Origin: Anas platyrhynchos
Lineage: Eukaryota
DNA: 64,000 bases
Assembly: GCF_047663525.1 (NCBI RefSeq)
Contig: NC_092587.1
Location: 189,059,457-189,123,456, forward strand
Reading direction: 5' to 3'
The notes beneath the pieces are model-generated. The model worked only from the letters and a program-made list of their open reading frames with translations. It was not told the DNA's origin and searched no databases. Position 1 is the stretch's first letter. Each line of letters begins with the position of its first letter. The position numbers were made by a program, and so were the translations under genes. Shown piece after piece: positions 23,501 to 38,500 of the stretch.

Positions 23501-26500
23501 AGTGGCAATAAGAGATCACTGACAGGACAAAACAAATGTTTTCACATGTAAACAACTTTACAGAGACTGTTAACTTGCTTAAGCTAATTTATTTTCCCTC
23601 AGTTGTTTCAGTGTATTTCAATTTCTAAACCTATAAACGCTGCATACCTTGCTAAAGTCAAGACAAGACCCCTGCTCCCCTCTTACCGCTGAGCTAATCA
23701 CCTCACCACGAACATGTTTGTCAAGCACAATTTCCCACTTGAAATCCATGCTCACTTCTCACTTCCTGCTGTATGTTTTGAAAAGGGTTTTGAATATTTT
23801 CTCTATCTTATTTCCAGAGAGCGAAGTGAGGCTTATCAGACTGTAGTTCTTCAGATCCTCCTCCTTGTCCTTCCTCAAGATTAGTGTGACATTTGTTTTC
23901 TTCCAGGACCCCGGAACACCCCCCGACCACCATGACCTCTCAGAGATTGTAGAGAGAAGACTCGCATATTGGTCAGCTCCCTCCCTCAGCCCTCAGGGGT
24001 GCATCCCATCAGGTGCCAGTGGCTTGTGTATGTCCCCCTTATTTAAGGGTTTTCCATACCCGATCCTTATTCTCTTCTTTCTTGCTCCAAACTTTCTTAC
24101 TGGGCCAAGCTTATCCTGAAGGTGCACCTTACCAGCAGAGACTAAGGTGAAAAAACACATCAAGTACCTTGGCTGCTTCCATGTCCTCTGAACCACACCT
24201 CCCACCCCATTCAGCGGAAGGCCTGCATTTCCTCTATTTCTTTTACTGCCATTATGCTTGTAGAAACCTTTCTTGCAGTCTTTCACATCCCACAACAGAT
24301 CAACTCCAGGTAGGCTTTGGCTTTCCTGACCTTGTCCTAGCATGACCAGACAGCATCTCCATGCTGCTCTTGGGTCACCTGCTCCTGCCTCCTGCTTCCA
24401 CCTCTTCTATCCTCCTTCCCATGGTTTGTCACGAGTTTTGTCAGGAGCTCTATGGTCATCCATGCAGGCCTCCTACTGCCTTTGCTTGACTTCCTCCATG
24501 TGGGATGGATCCACCTTGAGCTTGGAGATGATCCTTGAAAATAACTCTTGGACCTCTCTTCCCTCTGGAGCTGCATCCTATTGGATTCATTCAAGCAGAT
24601 TCCTGAAGGAAGCCCAAGCTGGCTCTCCTGAATTCCCAGGCTGTGATCCTGCCCTTTCCTTGCTTCTTCTCAGATCCTGAGTTCTACCACCTTCTGGTCA
24701 CTGCAGCGAAGGCTGCCCACTACTTTCACATCCTTGACCAGTTTTTCCTTGTTCATCAACATCAGTTTTAGCAAACTACTTCCCCATGCCAGCTCTTCAG
24801 TCACCTGTGTTGGAAAATCATCGTCAATGCACTCCAGAAAACTCCAGGATTGCTTCTGCTTTACCGTGTTGCCCTTCCAGCAGATAACCCATGAGGACCT
24901 GAGCCTGAAAACTGGCTTTTTCCAGTTGTCCTAGTAAGTCTTCTGCTTCCGTATCAGGTGATCTGTAGCAGACATCCACCACAGTACCCACAGCAGTTTG
25001 CCCTCTAATTCTAACCCATAAACTCTCAGCTGGCAAAAGTGCTGTGTTTTCCAGCAGCTCTCTCTCGTAAAGGTTGACCGGCCCTTCATGCAGCTAACAT
25101 TTCATGCAATCAATTAACAATAAATAATTGCTATCTGTAGAATCGTAACTTTTTAAAAGTTGTGGTAATTCCAGCATTTCCAACTGACATGGTAACTGAC
25201 GTGGCTTTTTGAGGGCTCTCAGCCTCAGAAAGCAGGTGATGATGCAAAATAAGCATAGGAAGTCCTGATTTTCCTTCCTGTGAAGCACATCCCTGAGGTG
25301 TAACGTGGTGATGCTGGGAAGAACCAGTTGTAAACCAGCCCTGGATAATCGGCATTACTACAAAGCCAAGCTTCTGAAGGAAGCAGTCATCTACCCGCAT
25401 CTAGGACTGTGTGAGAAGTTACACCTCCATGGCACAGTGCTTCGTCACCAGCACAGGGTTCAAGGAAGAGCATGGCTCCGTGTTCCTGCAGCGTGGCACT
25501 CGGTTCAGCTGGCCCCATCTTCCAAGCAAGGCTCATTAGGTTTGACTTAACATCCCCCTCAGGTTCGCACTGCTTCTGGAATCTGAGCTAAACTGCTGGG
25601 CTGCAGCTGGGCAGTCTGTGCTGTGCTGCCAAGTGCAGCATGAACAGACACAAAGTCAACCTCGTGAGCCTTTTTTGACTATCACATTCCCTGCTAAATG
25701 CGTTTGAGCTTTACGAGGCAGTAATCTCATCTGTAGCAATGTACAGTGCAACTTAAAAAGCCTGACTAGAGCAAAAAGCCATATGAGAAAATATTAGCAC
25801 AGAAGCAGCATAAGTTTTAGATTATTTAATCAATGCATGATTATAAACTTAAAAAATGAACCCTCTTATGATGGGAGCTTACCTCTGCAGTTGTTTCAGA
25901 GACGATCTTACTTATCCGACCTCTTTGCCACTGTTTCAAATTGTGTATATACACAGCACAGTGCATATTACACTCCCACTTCACTGACTCTGGCTGGGAT
26001 TCTTTGTAGAAGGCAGCCATCTTCTCCTGTAAACTAACATTGAACAACACTTTCCTAGTGCTAAAATTTTATCCAGCGAGCGTAGGGTATTATTTAGTCA
26101 ATTACTGGTTAACTAGCATACATTAACAATTTTAGGAATTGTTTAACAAACACGTAACATTACAGTTTTACTTTATGGCACATTAGGAATACATGAAACG
26201 AGGCTGTAAAAACAGACGCAATCCATTTAAAATTCTTGAACAGATGAATTTATCTGAGGGATTATGGACCTTCTGTATGGCACTATTTGAAAAATGGACT
26301 ATTTTCTCTTTATGACTTTAGTGTGTGGCATTCATTTAGCACCGTGACTAATTTAACGGGACTCTTGGTAGGCGGATGCAAGGAAGTAAAAAGAAGAAAG
26401 GAAGGAAAAGTAAGAGGCAGCAAATAAGGAACTTGCACTAGGCACTGACATTGATTTAAACATCTTCAAGCAGCAGGCAGCGTTACCTAAGCAGACTGTT

Positions 26501-29500
26501 TCCAGGTACCCAAGCAAAGTTGGTATGTTGTTTAGAAGTTGCTTTCAAGCTTTTCTAACAGCATATTAGAATCACAGAGAAAGAAGTAATTTAACTGAAG
26601 TTACGAGACTTAAAGATATTGCTATTTAGATTACTAACCAAGAAAAGGGGAGAAGAAAAAGCAGAAATATTTAGTCTTTCTGGATAGTGTACTTAGTACA
26701 TTAAGTGTAATTTGCAATAGGAGTTAGATCATGTACTTAATTTGGAATCACAAATATTTAATGAATTACAACTTAGTGCATGTCTGTGTTTTGTTCCTGT
26801 CCTTTTCTCAAAGCAAGACAAATCAAAAACATTTGAAGAGTACCACTGCTAAATGCAACCCTAAGCAGTTTGCTCTAACTATACTTCATCCATTTATAAC
26901 ATAAACATCTCTCTAGAAAAGCTGCATGTTAGTACCTTTTCAGTATACTTTCTGATGACAGCCATTGTATAAAGATTTTACTGGGAGATACCACATGGCT
27001 AATTCTCACTTGTAGCTCTTTCTTGGCAAGCGATCTGAAATCCCCTTCTTCCTCCAGTGGTCTCACATTTACAGGATTTAAATCTTTCAAGTTTTCAGCA
27101 GCTTCTTCTACAGGAACATCCCATATTTCAGTGGGCCTTACAGAAGAACTTTCAACGTACCTATAAAGAACATGAAATAACCGGGATGTGAATATCAAAC
27201 ACATTTTCAACAATCAAGAGGAGCTCAATGGTTACAATTCAACACGTTAAGAACAAAGAAAAAACTTAGAAAAGCAGAAAAAGAAAAAAAAAACAAAAGC
27301 ATTTGTGAATAATTCTTCAACACTCATGATAGTAACTTTCTTTTAATGTTCCTTCAGGAAGTATCCTTGCAAATTTTATGGTCAAACAAAGGCTGCCAGA
27401 AGAGAAGCAAGCCTGATATCAAACAAACTGCAAAACATTAGTATCTTTTATCCAGACATGAGCATTAAATTGCTTTCCAGAAGCATGCTATTAGTAATGC
27501 TACCTCTGGGTGAAACTTGCAACATCGAGGTATGTACATAACCATGTCAGAAGTAAGGAAATACTAAGCCTGTGAAACCTTTACCTTTTTTAGCATTCCC
27601 TGAGGATACAACGTAACACCTTTCCTAATTATAGTACTCCATGAAGCGTGGTCATGTGAATACCCTGATGAAAACTTGTTTTGATAGTGTGAACCAGACA
27701 GAATAAAGCCCAAAAGCAATCAAGCCTTGGCTGGTACACACCAATCCATTTGGGGAACAGCCCAGCCTACAGCTTGGAAAGTCATCTGTTAATGCAAAAA
27801 AGAACCGGCTTATTGAAAATACCACAGACTGAGGGAAACAGCAAGCTTAACTGCTTGCCGTTTCTGGACCTCTAAGGAAAAGCTCTCAGGTTTTCAGAGA
27901 TCTGCCACCTATCTTTTCATTCACAGGAACGAAACTACTTTATTGGAGATAACATTCCTTACTATTTAGGTATTTATTTAGGTATTGAGTTATTCACAAC
28001 ATCCTGCTGTATAATTTATGCAAACCTTCCTGATACAGGCATTTGGAAACGGCTGGGTCGAATGGCTAACGTGCAGAACCAGGAAAGAAATGAACACCAC
28101 AATTCATCAATACGCCTGCCTCGTGTACAAGGAGTCTGAACAATCAAATGGACTCCACACAGAGGCAGTCTGCTGTGGCAAGCACCTCCAAATTAGAAAC
28201 ATGTTACACACCCTAGAGCCCCCTCTCTAGTAACTGCAGTATAGCATTATCATTGCAGACCCATCAGAAAAACCATCAGTTTGGAATGAACTTCAGAGTT
28301 CAAAGGTTTTTCTGTAACTTTATGTACTTAACTCAGGAGTAGGGTTACTGATGTTTGCTAGGTCTCATTAATATTGCTTCTCAGCAAGTATTCTTTACTG
28401 GAGCACTGCGCTCTCCTGCTTACACCATCTCATACTCATTTAGAGCTGACGTGGGTGTTCCTGAACATCACTGAACAGAGTAAGCGTATGACAGATGTGA
28501 TTCTGGATGTTCTAAAAATATGTTTAAATTCATCTCCAGTCTCTTGCTTTGTTGCAGGCCATCTGTCTTCACAAATGCAAAATTCAGGGAGAAAAGTGTA
28601 ACAAATGATCTATGGAGGGCTAGAGCCACAAGTGTACAACAATGTGAGCTAAGACCCTCTGAAAAAAACACAGAGCAATCCCTTTACCACCCCCCACTAA
28701 TATAAGGATCATTCCAACTAAAAGGAATATTGAGTATAGAAGTTAAAGTGTTGGTGGTGCAGGGCAAGGGGAGCTTCTGTAAGAAGGGACCAAAGGAGGG
28801 AGGGAGGGAAGAGTGAAGTGTCTGAATTGAAGTGAGATTAGGAACGAAGATTTAAAGGGGGAAGACAGGAATTATGTTTGCCTTCTGTTTTCCAGTACCT
28901 GAATCTAACAAATTATGTTAATCGATAATGAATTAAGTTAAATTTCCCATGTTGAGCCTGTTTTGCCAGTAACAGCACTTGGTAAGTGCTTTCCCTGGCT
29001 TTGTTTTAAGCTATGAGTTTTCTTATTCCTGGTTCTGTTTTCCCTGCTGTATAAATAAGGAGGTGTGAGTGAGAAAACAGCTGTATGGCTGAGGCCAACC
29101 CACCACATACGGTTAAAACCCAACAGATCACTCAAGTTACCAAAGTCATACAGCATCTTATATTAAGGTAACATACCCATTTGTTTGCAGGCTTATACCA
29201 GGCTTTTAAGTATAGCTGAACCACAACAAAAGAAAATACCCTAGTGACAACAAAGCAATCCAACAGAAACAATTCAGGTTTAAATAAAGCTGCTTAACTT
29301 TACAAAAAGCTATTAAAAATGTCATCAGTACCGTAAAAGTGTTCTTAGGATTTATTTGTATTTCTGAACTAAGAAATGAAAATCCAATTACTTGCTTCCT
29401 CTTGAAAAAAGCAGAACTCGAATTCCACTTTCAAAACAAAAGCTATTTAACAATCTTTTTATTCTCATCAGTAGTCAGAAGTTATTAAGGAATAATTACT

Positions 29501-32500
29501 GATTTTCACGAATATACTCTTTTCTAAAAACCGACAAACTACATGGAGCAGGACTGTCTCCTCGGCCTCATCTCTTCCCAACTCTTCTGTCTGTCGCTGT
29601 TGTAGTTGGTTACCCAAGAGTTTCTCTTCTAGTAGCAGAACTTCCAAAGAGATGAGTTACCTTAAGTGTACTTCAAACATGTAAGGGTGGATATTTCTCT
29701 TCTTAATACAAAAGAATGGGAACCTTAATAACCAGTTTGGGAAGATTAGCACTTAAGCACATTATGAGTAGGACACAAACACTTCATCTGCAACTTTTGA
29801 ACCCGTTACGGTGCTTAAGGACATGGTTTAGTAGAAGACATTGGTAGCAGGGGGATGGTTGGACCAGATGATCTTGGAGGTCGTTGATTCTGTGATTACA
29901 CTTACTGTTTATCAAGGTTTACTCTGAGAATTCAATATGACAATCTGCAGAGTTAAACGGACTTATTTCAACTGATGAATGTGGTATGTTATGAATTCAT
30001 CACAGAAGTGGCCAATTCCATCCACTCAGGTGACATACTAAAGCCAACAGTTCTGTTTCACAAATCCAGTATTTCCAAAGACTTTTGAGTTATTTTGAGT
30101 TATGCAAACACATACCCAGGTATGTAGGATGCAAGGTTCTCTTTAACCAGCTGGCAGTTAATACTGGAGCCTCTTCCATGAGGAGCGTGGGAGTCAAAGA
30201 GTTTAACAGATAAAATGTTGTTCTTCAAAACCTCTGTGAATTAATAACAAACATAGTTAGTATTAATCAATTACAGTAAAGACCACTTATTCTTCTGGAG
30301 ACACAGCAAATGGTACGAAGCAACAAAACGTTGTGAAATTACATGTGATTTATAGAATAATTGATTCTGAGCCATCGACAAGATAGAGGTTTAGCTTTGC
30401 ACACATCTGTAAAATCAAAAGACACTAATTGCAAGAAACCAACTGCTGCATGTAATTTCAAGTATTAGACAGGCTCCAAACCACTGTTCTGTGTGTATTG
30501 AAGAACAACTACCTGCATATTAACAGTAACTGGTATTGAGAAAAGTTCTACTAAGGCATACATATGTTAATCAGAATTTGTTTTTGGGGGTTGGGGATGT
30601 TTTAGAGCAACAGCAATCACATTCACAGCTACCATTAAAGTCAGGAATTGTTGAGGGTTGCTGGAATTTTGGAAACAAGCTCATCTTATAAACCAGGATA
30701 TTTAAATCCTGTTCCACCGGCGTGGCCCACAACAAGAGATCTAACAGAACTTTCATCTGAGGTTGTGTCTTTTACACCTTCTTCAGTTAGTTCATGTCTG
30801 GATGTGCTCACTCCAGGCTACCCGTCACAAGTACGGATATAAACATTTCAAAGACATAATAGTACACGTTTCTATATTTGAGTTCATTTAATAATACTTA
30901 AGCAGAAACCAATACACTTTTGATAACTTACCAACAATTGAACACACCATAAATTTATCTTCAGTCATTTCTTCGAATCTTCTTGTGGCTTCTCTGTTCC
31001 ACTCATCAGCTGCTTTGTAAGGCTCAATGTAAGCCAGCCTACACTTGATTGCCTGAAGAACAACTCAAATTACCATTTGCCATCACATTTCAATATCATC
31101 CCATCAGAGTAAAATCAAATAATGCCTTGATTTTGCATCCATACAGGACAGCATGACCAGGATTCTAGTTCCACTTTAACAACATTTGATCAGACTTAAG
31201 ACCCACGTGGTCCCCCAACCCTGTAGCCTGCAGATGGACATAAAGCTCAAACTCAGAAACAGTCTTGCTGAAATAGAGCTTACTTCTTGCCTCCCTTCAT
31301 GGGTAGGTACAGAATTGGCTGCAGAGGACAACAAAGGTTATTATAGAGAGATTAAGAGGAAAACTTTAAACTTGTTTTGCTTAACTTAATGTAGCGACAC
31401 AAACTTAAAACATTTAAGCATAACGTGACTACAACAAGGATTTTACAGAGACACCAGAACACCACAGAACTTATGTCAGAAAACTTCTGGAGGTTTTGGT
31501 AAGGTATTATGATGACAAAAAAAAAAAAAAGACGCAAATCTGATGAGATGAAGTACTTTGTTTAAAATAATTCCCCTTTAGCATCTTTACGTCAAAGCTT
31601 GGTTGTTAACTCTTAATACATGATCGTGTATTAAGAGTTAACAACGCTTACATGCAACAGGACAGACCTGCACAAGCAGCTTCACTTCTGATACTCCTAC
31701 CTTCTGAATCCTCGGTTTTGCAGTGTTGTATTCATTCGTGTTTCAGAGGATTTTAAATCCTTTTTTTTTCTTTTAATTGAAGAGATATGAAACCATAACA
31801 ATGCAAGCAAATGCAGGCCTGCGCATCTTTCTACTACTTGCCTTAAACCTAATAGCGATAGGAAGTATTTCTTAAGTTCCTGCAATGGCAAAAGCATTTT
31901 GCCATTTTCACAGTGTTTCCTCTCCTTTGCTGTCATTATAGAACAGCTGAATTATTTCTGTTGAAACTCTTCCCAGAAACATCTGTTCAAAATATAAACA
32001 GCTAAATCCTGTTTTCTGTACAAGATGCCAGCCAATGTTAGTTACAACAGTCACTACTTCCGTGGCCTAGAACAGGCTATAAAACCTATCAAACACATCA
32101 AGTTTTAAAGCTTAGAAAAATTAGGATTGACAACCAGAACTGATGAACAGTAAAAGTTTTTTTTTTTTAAACTTATGTGCATTTTTTGTTTGACAGAAAT
32201 ATTTTCCCACCCATTTTTTTCCTTGCCAAAAGGGGAAACTCCCTTCAAGATGAAAAGTTTAGAAAATCCAAACTTCAAATGCTTTAAAACGAAGATACAG
32301 TTCTATTAGATTACTGTTTGAAAATGTTACAATGTGAAAATTAATTATGCTTTCTATGATGGAGTAAAAGAAAGTATTTGAATAAACATACACACCCACA
32401 TACACACCCCAACCCAAGGTAACACTGGATTTCAATTGAAACTGAAATCACTTAATTGACATTTCATTTACTTGATAATCTTAGCAATTCTGTATTTCCC

Positions 32501-35500
32501 TTTCCATCCATCTGCATTCTATTTATTTTCAGTTGTTAGTTTGAGCAATAACTAAATTACCTTTACTGGAAAGCTGAGAATCTCATCTTCTGCTTTGCGT
32601 ATGTCTTTAAGAGTTACATTAGCGACGCTGCCAAAGTCAACGTATTTGACCACAACTTCTTGTGAATGTGGCAGCCCTTCAAGAAAAACAATCCAGGGAT
32701 AAAATCTTCAAGTTATTACAAACAAAAAGGAGTATCAAATCCAAGCTAAAGCATCAGAATTTCAAAGCGAAGTCCACATTTACACCCTTTTAAAAATATA
32801 TCATTTTCACATGATCTACAAGCTAATGATTTTTTGTTTGTTTAAATGTAAGAGTCAGCTCTTTTGGATTCCTGACTTAAGTTTAGCATTCTGAACCTGA
32901 TACATCTCATCATTTTAAGACATGCTGGCATATTAACTACATGCCAAGGAGACATGCAAGCAAGTACATATCCATGCACATTAAATACACTGCCCACACA
33001 GGCATCTTAGAGGTCTCCCTCTGCCTCCAATACCTTGGCGATTACTACAGGAATTATTACCCCATACTAATTACAATCAGAGGTTGGATATAATAGACAG
33101 ATCTGTAGCTGAAGCTAATGTGAAATATTAAAATATGTAATAGAATTTCAATACCAAAAAGTAATTGTACCATTTCTTTTGCGTCAAGGGATATGAAGCA
33201 CAGAATAAGAAAAGATACAACAAACATTAGCAGTATTGAATTTATGAACCTAGCTGTTAGAATGACTGCCTAATAGATGTAACGGTCGTTTTTTTATTCA
33301 TTATTCACATCCAATGGGTGACTGATCAAGCGGCACATCTGATTTTGCTACTTAGCATTACAGTGGAAGAACCGGTATTTCACCTGTAATTTGTGCTCTG
33401 TACCAATTCCCATCTTTGTGTTTTGCAATACAGGGTTGGCCTTCAACTGGGCAGACAATTTGCAAGTCTTTGCTATCCTGATGTCCGTGTCTCTCTTTGT
33501 TTTTCTTTGGAAAAGCTGAAGTATCCAGGCTATCTACCTAAATTAAGAGCAACAAAACATTCTGTAATACATACAGATCAGAATTCTTAATTTTCAGCAG
33601 TATTTTTGTTCTTTTAAAGGAAATGATTTCTGGTAGTGTATTTTCCACTCCTTACCCCCATACTGAACAGTAATTCACTTCACATGTTCGAAACTAAAGA
33701 CCCTGAAGATTATTGAATATTGCCCTGCTCAGTCACTATTCTTAACACCAAACCACCACACACCCACATGGAAATTAACCATGTAAGCAAGTTGTCAAAA
33801 AATTTGAGGGCATTCCAGAAATTCCTGCATTTAATTAGGATTAATCTAGAATTCTTACAGCTAATCTAGTATGTTAATTCCAGAAATCCTATGACGACTA
33901 ACATCAGAAAATAATGGAAACTGTAACTCATTTGTTGTGTACTCCAAGTAGCTCAACATAAAAATATCTGTACAGAGTTCTATTTAAACAGACCATTTCT
34001 AAACTTACCAATTGCAGATAGAAATCACTCGGGCTATTTATGTGACAAACTACAACAAAGACTTCTTTTTCTTCTGGTATCTTAGGTGGTTTATACTGCA
34101 AGACCGTATTATTTTCTAAGTGATTAGGAAGATGTGACTTATACCTAAGGTACAAAAAGAGTTTGAATAACTTTTGTCAAAGTTGACTGAAAAGGAAGAC
34201 TTATATTTGGATGTCAGTTTTACTATGAAAAAAATGAAAGAAAACATTTCAAAAGTAACTTGTTCCACATTTGTGTGAATAGCTTGAACTTTCTTTCTTG
34301 CAGTTTGCACAGCCAATTCTAATTTCTCCCCCAACATATCTACCACAGCAGTAAGATATATGCCAGCTGTCCCCTTTAAATATTTTATTTGGGAAACAGA
34401 AACGTGCACTTAAATTGTCCCCTCTCTACCCCCCAAAAAGGTGAAGCCCACTATATTGACAAAACATTTTTAAATCCTCTTCCCCTCACTTATGAGAGAA
34501 AAACAATTACCAGAGGAATGCAGATGCAGCAGAAGTTATCTCCCACATATCATTACAATCAGCCTACTAACCACCAGAGCACTCACTGTTCTCTATCTCC
34601 TATCTCTTTTGTTGGTCCCTCCGAAGCAGCCCCCTTCTGTCCCAATGCCAAAATCAAGCTCCCCCTTATAATAACCCACCCTACTGTGACCAGCCTGGCT
34701 GTCACTGCCTCCCACTCAAATCAAAGATACAAGGCTGATTTTAGTACACTTTTCTCTCAGCGGGGGACGCTGAATAACACGGGGGTAAAAGGAGAAACTA
34801 TTGTTCTCAAACTTATACAGAAATTTAGATTTGATCGTTTTCTGAAATAAAGTTCATTGTCCAATTAAAGTTCTGATTAGAGAAAATGAACACGATTAGT
34901 GTTTATTAGTGAAGGCAAAAAAGGGCATCAACAGATATTGCTGAACATGAACACATCACACACTAACACACTGAACACTGCAAAAACAACTTGCTCAATA
35001 AACTTCACTTTTTAAGTTCCAGTATCATTTATGACATTATCATTACTCCATTATCATTTCTGTTATAAGAGCGTAGACCAGATGACACTTACCTTGCCAA
35101 GTCCAAAAAAACTAACGCATCCTTGAGGGATACAGGCATGTCACTGCTGATTTTATTATGTGGAGATTTTTTCAAATCCACAATGAGAACACCATTCTCT
35201 TCTCTAAATATGGTCATTAGAACAACTTTATTATTGACCATCTGTAAAAAGTTTGTCTTTGCTTCCTCTCCCCAACTTTCACTCTGTTAGAGAGAAAACA
35301 AAAGTCTTGATGATATCTGAGAGTCAAAGAAGACAGAAGCAAGGAAGTGAGCATGGATGCATCTGAACAGAAGAGCATTCAGTATTTCCTAAGAGCACAG
35401 ATTGTTTAGTTCATATCCAGGACAACACAAGATAATATCATTTTGTGATAGACCATTAAGTATTTTTAACTGCGTAAAACTGAGTCAAGCCGATATTAAA

Positions 35501-38500
35501 ACCTGAAATGTATAAGCGTAAACCCAGAGGCTTTCTAAAGGCAGACTGCTGTTAAGTTTGTTTCCTTTCCAACTAAAGCAATGCAATCCATCTTTTAATA
35601 GATACACATATACTTTAAAATATACTCTGTATTAGTAAGTTTTATTCCATTTATACTGGAGTAAGATTGTGGTACATTATGCACTCAAATTCTTTAATAT
35701 AAATCTTAAAATGAATAAAATTCTCCTGAAGTAGCAGAGACAACTTTTACTTACTGCATTTTTGGGAACAATATCTTTCAATGAACACTGGACTGCTAAA
35801 GGAGGAACAGCTCCAAGTTCTGCCTCAATATTCTTATCTGGCTTCCTTACAAAGGAACAGATGTCATCAGGTTCAATAGTTAGCAAAGGAGAAGGTTCAG
35901 GTTGTTCAGCACCATCATACCTATTGCCAATGAGGAAAAAAAAAAAGTAGCACTAGCTACTGAAGCATATTTGCTGACTGTTTCTTAACAGAAAAACTCT
36001 TAAGTATCAACTCTCAAAGGACAAATGCAGAGGAACAACTCTTTGTGAGCATACCCTGAGAAAATGAAAGCTTCTGAACTCCCAACATCAATCAGAAATA
36101 CTTCCATCACTGCCACATCACAAACTTTGTATCTTATTGGATCAGAAGGCTTCTCTTCTTTTTTACTTTTTCCAGGGATTAGTTTAGTGATAGTTCCACG
36201 ACACCACATTCCAGTTTCCTTGCTCTTGATGAAAATTTGAACACCTACATGGAAGGAAAAAAAAAGCCTAAATTAAGAATTAATATATATTTTACACTGT
36301 ATTATTACTGTTCTGCCTGACGTTCCGTTGTTGTCCATCTTCCACACAGGTAGTAAGATCAGTGCTGCTAAACAAAGACACAAAAACATTAATTACCTTG
36401 TCTTAGTATCTGTCTCTCCTCATTCATTTACACAATGTCTGTGCAGCTAGGAGACAGTTGGCTTATATTAACAAATCATTTCTGATAAGCCTTCTATACC
36501 TTTTACTGAAATGTCATTAAAGTCTAGTCGAGTCACAAATAGTTCTGTCAAAGTCACATAAGAAAACCTGTATGAAGAAAGTCTACCCCACAAACATCAA
36601 AACATTCAAAGATGTACATACTTCACAAGTTCCCTACTTCTGCATAACATACCCAAGCTCAATTTTCATCTCCAAAATTCAGAAAAAACACACTAATAAA
36701 ACCACCTATACTTTCCAATGTGATTTTTGATTCTGCTCTGTATTCAGGATTGTAACATACTTTTTATCACTTTTCTGAACACCTTCTAGAAATAAGTAAC
36801 ATTGTCAACATGTAAGGCAGAGTATTTTTTTTAATTACTTAGCCATATATTCTTATTTTGTCTTTCATTTTATTTGCAGAATGGTTCCTATCCAGTTAGT
36901 GAACTGTAAACATAGACCATCTACCTACCAGAAGTGGCACGCTGCTTGCATAAGAGAAAGCAAATTTACTGAGGTAATTAAAGAAGAAGTCTGTTCATTA
37001 CAATCAGTATTCTAAAAAAGACCTTAATAGCTAACAAGCATCACCTAACACTGGAAGACATCAACGTTTACAGCCAGGTGTGTTCCTGCTGTTTCTTTAT
37101 ACACTGGATTTGGTAAGGTCAGTTAGTGAAGAAGCTTTTTTCTGTGTTTCTGTAATTTCCATTTTTAAGATTTAATACAAGTCTACTTTACAAAACAGTT
37201 TTAATTGTCAATTTCAGAACACCTTCGCTTGGTAAAGAAATTGTGAAGGAAAAAGAAGACATACTAAAGGATGGTATTTTAAGCTAGCTCACGCATTTAG
37301 AAATGACTCATTTACCTAGTTCCAAAACATCTGAAGGCAAGAGATAGGAACTTTTACTACAACAGAAGTTATTCAATTTCTCCTCCAAAAAACCACCTTC
37401 TTTCTTCTGCGAGTACCAACGAATATAGAAGTGGCATGGATTTACAACATGGCTTACAAACACTAGCTCTGATGAACCTGAGCAAGACAAAAAAAACAAC
37501 ACACTGATCAAACGCTGCCCAAGTGACTCCAGTGAGACACTATTAGACATGGGATTAGTTATGTTGCAATCGTGTAATATCTCATTACCTCAAACAGCTT
37601 TCAATGTGAAGTCTGCTTGCACTTGTTTCAAGTGAGTTACATGCTTGCCTCCTGATTAAGTTTGTTCTTTTTAATGAGTAAGAACTACCTCCCCTGAGCC
37701 ACCCTGCAAAACTGAAGGCTGTCTCAATACTTACACAGTGGCCTCCTGAACTTACAGAGGTAATCCAGAGCTTTTATTCCCTCTATTTAACAGAGAAGTA
37801 CAAAGCTCCTAGAAAGTAAGCTGGAAAGCTTAATAAACCTGCTTCCGAGAACAGAAATCCTATGCGCTTTTGTACAGCAATTCAGTGTTACTACATCAGT
37901 CTCTAGCTTGTCCCAAGTAGACTAGGAAAAGCATGTATTTTACTTTGCTAGATCACTGATAAGGCTTTGAATTGTGCTTTCCATAATCCAAAAAGCTCTA
38001 GAACACTTATTTCATCATATTACTAATAAAACTGATCATAGCAAACAATTCTATGATAATTTCAACTCTGGGATCTGATTTTCATAGTGTATTCACGACA
38101 GAAGCCCAAACTTAAGAGCCTGGGAAGGCTCAGATATAACTGATGTTTCTCCACAAAAACTCTTTGTGCTGTAATGAAGCGGCAGCGAACTCTACAGTTC
38201 GACTTCACTATGGGCATTAGAATTTCTCTATGATGTACTTCCACAGAAGTTACGAATTCAAACTACTTGCATTCCCTACTACTGTGCCACAACTCTGACA
38301 AAGCAGCTGGTGAATGTACAAGTTATTTGAAAGCTAATGCGCTGATGCCACCACATCACTTATCTAACACGTGCTGAGACAATGCCAATATTGAGTTTCT
38401 GAGAGTTGCTTGGGACTTAGTGTATTACATCTTCTAATCAAGTCATTCTAGAACAAATGTCAAAAGTGGGATAGTTTTTACATTGGCAAGGAGAGCTGAA

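Noticed and set aside
34389-34850. 153-aa plus-strand ORF in an RNF17 intron
   Set aside because: It is C-rich, low-complexity (P/T/S-rich) sequence antisense to RNF17 with no start context or splice signals. This is a chance ORF.
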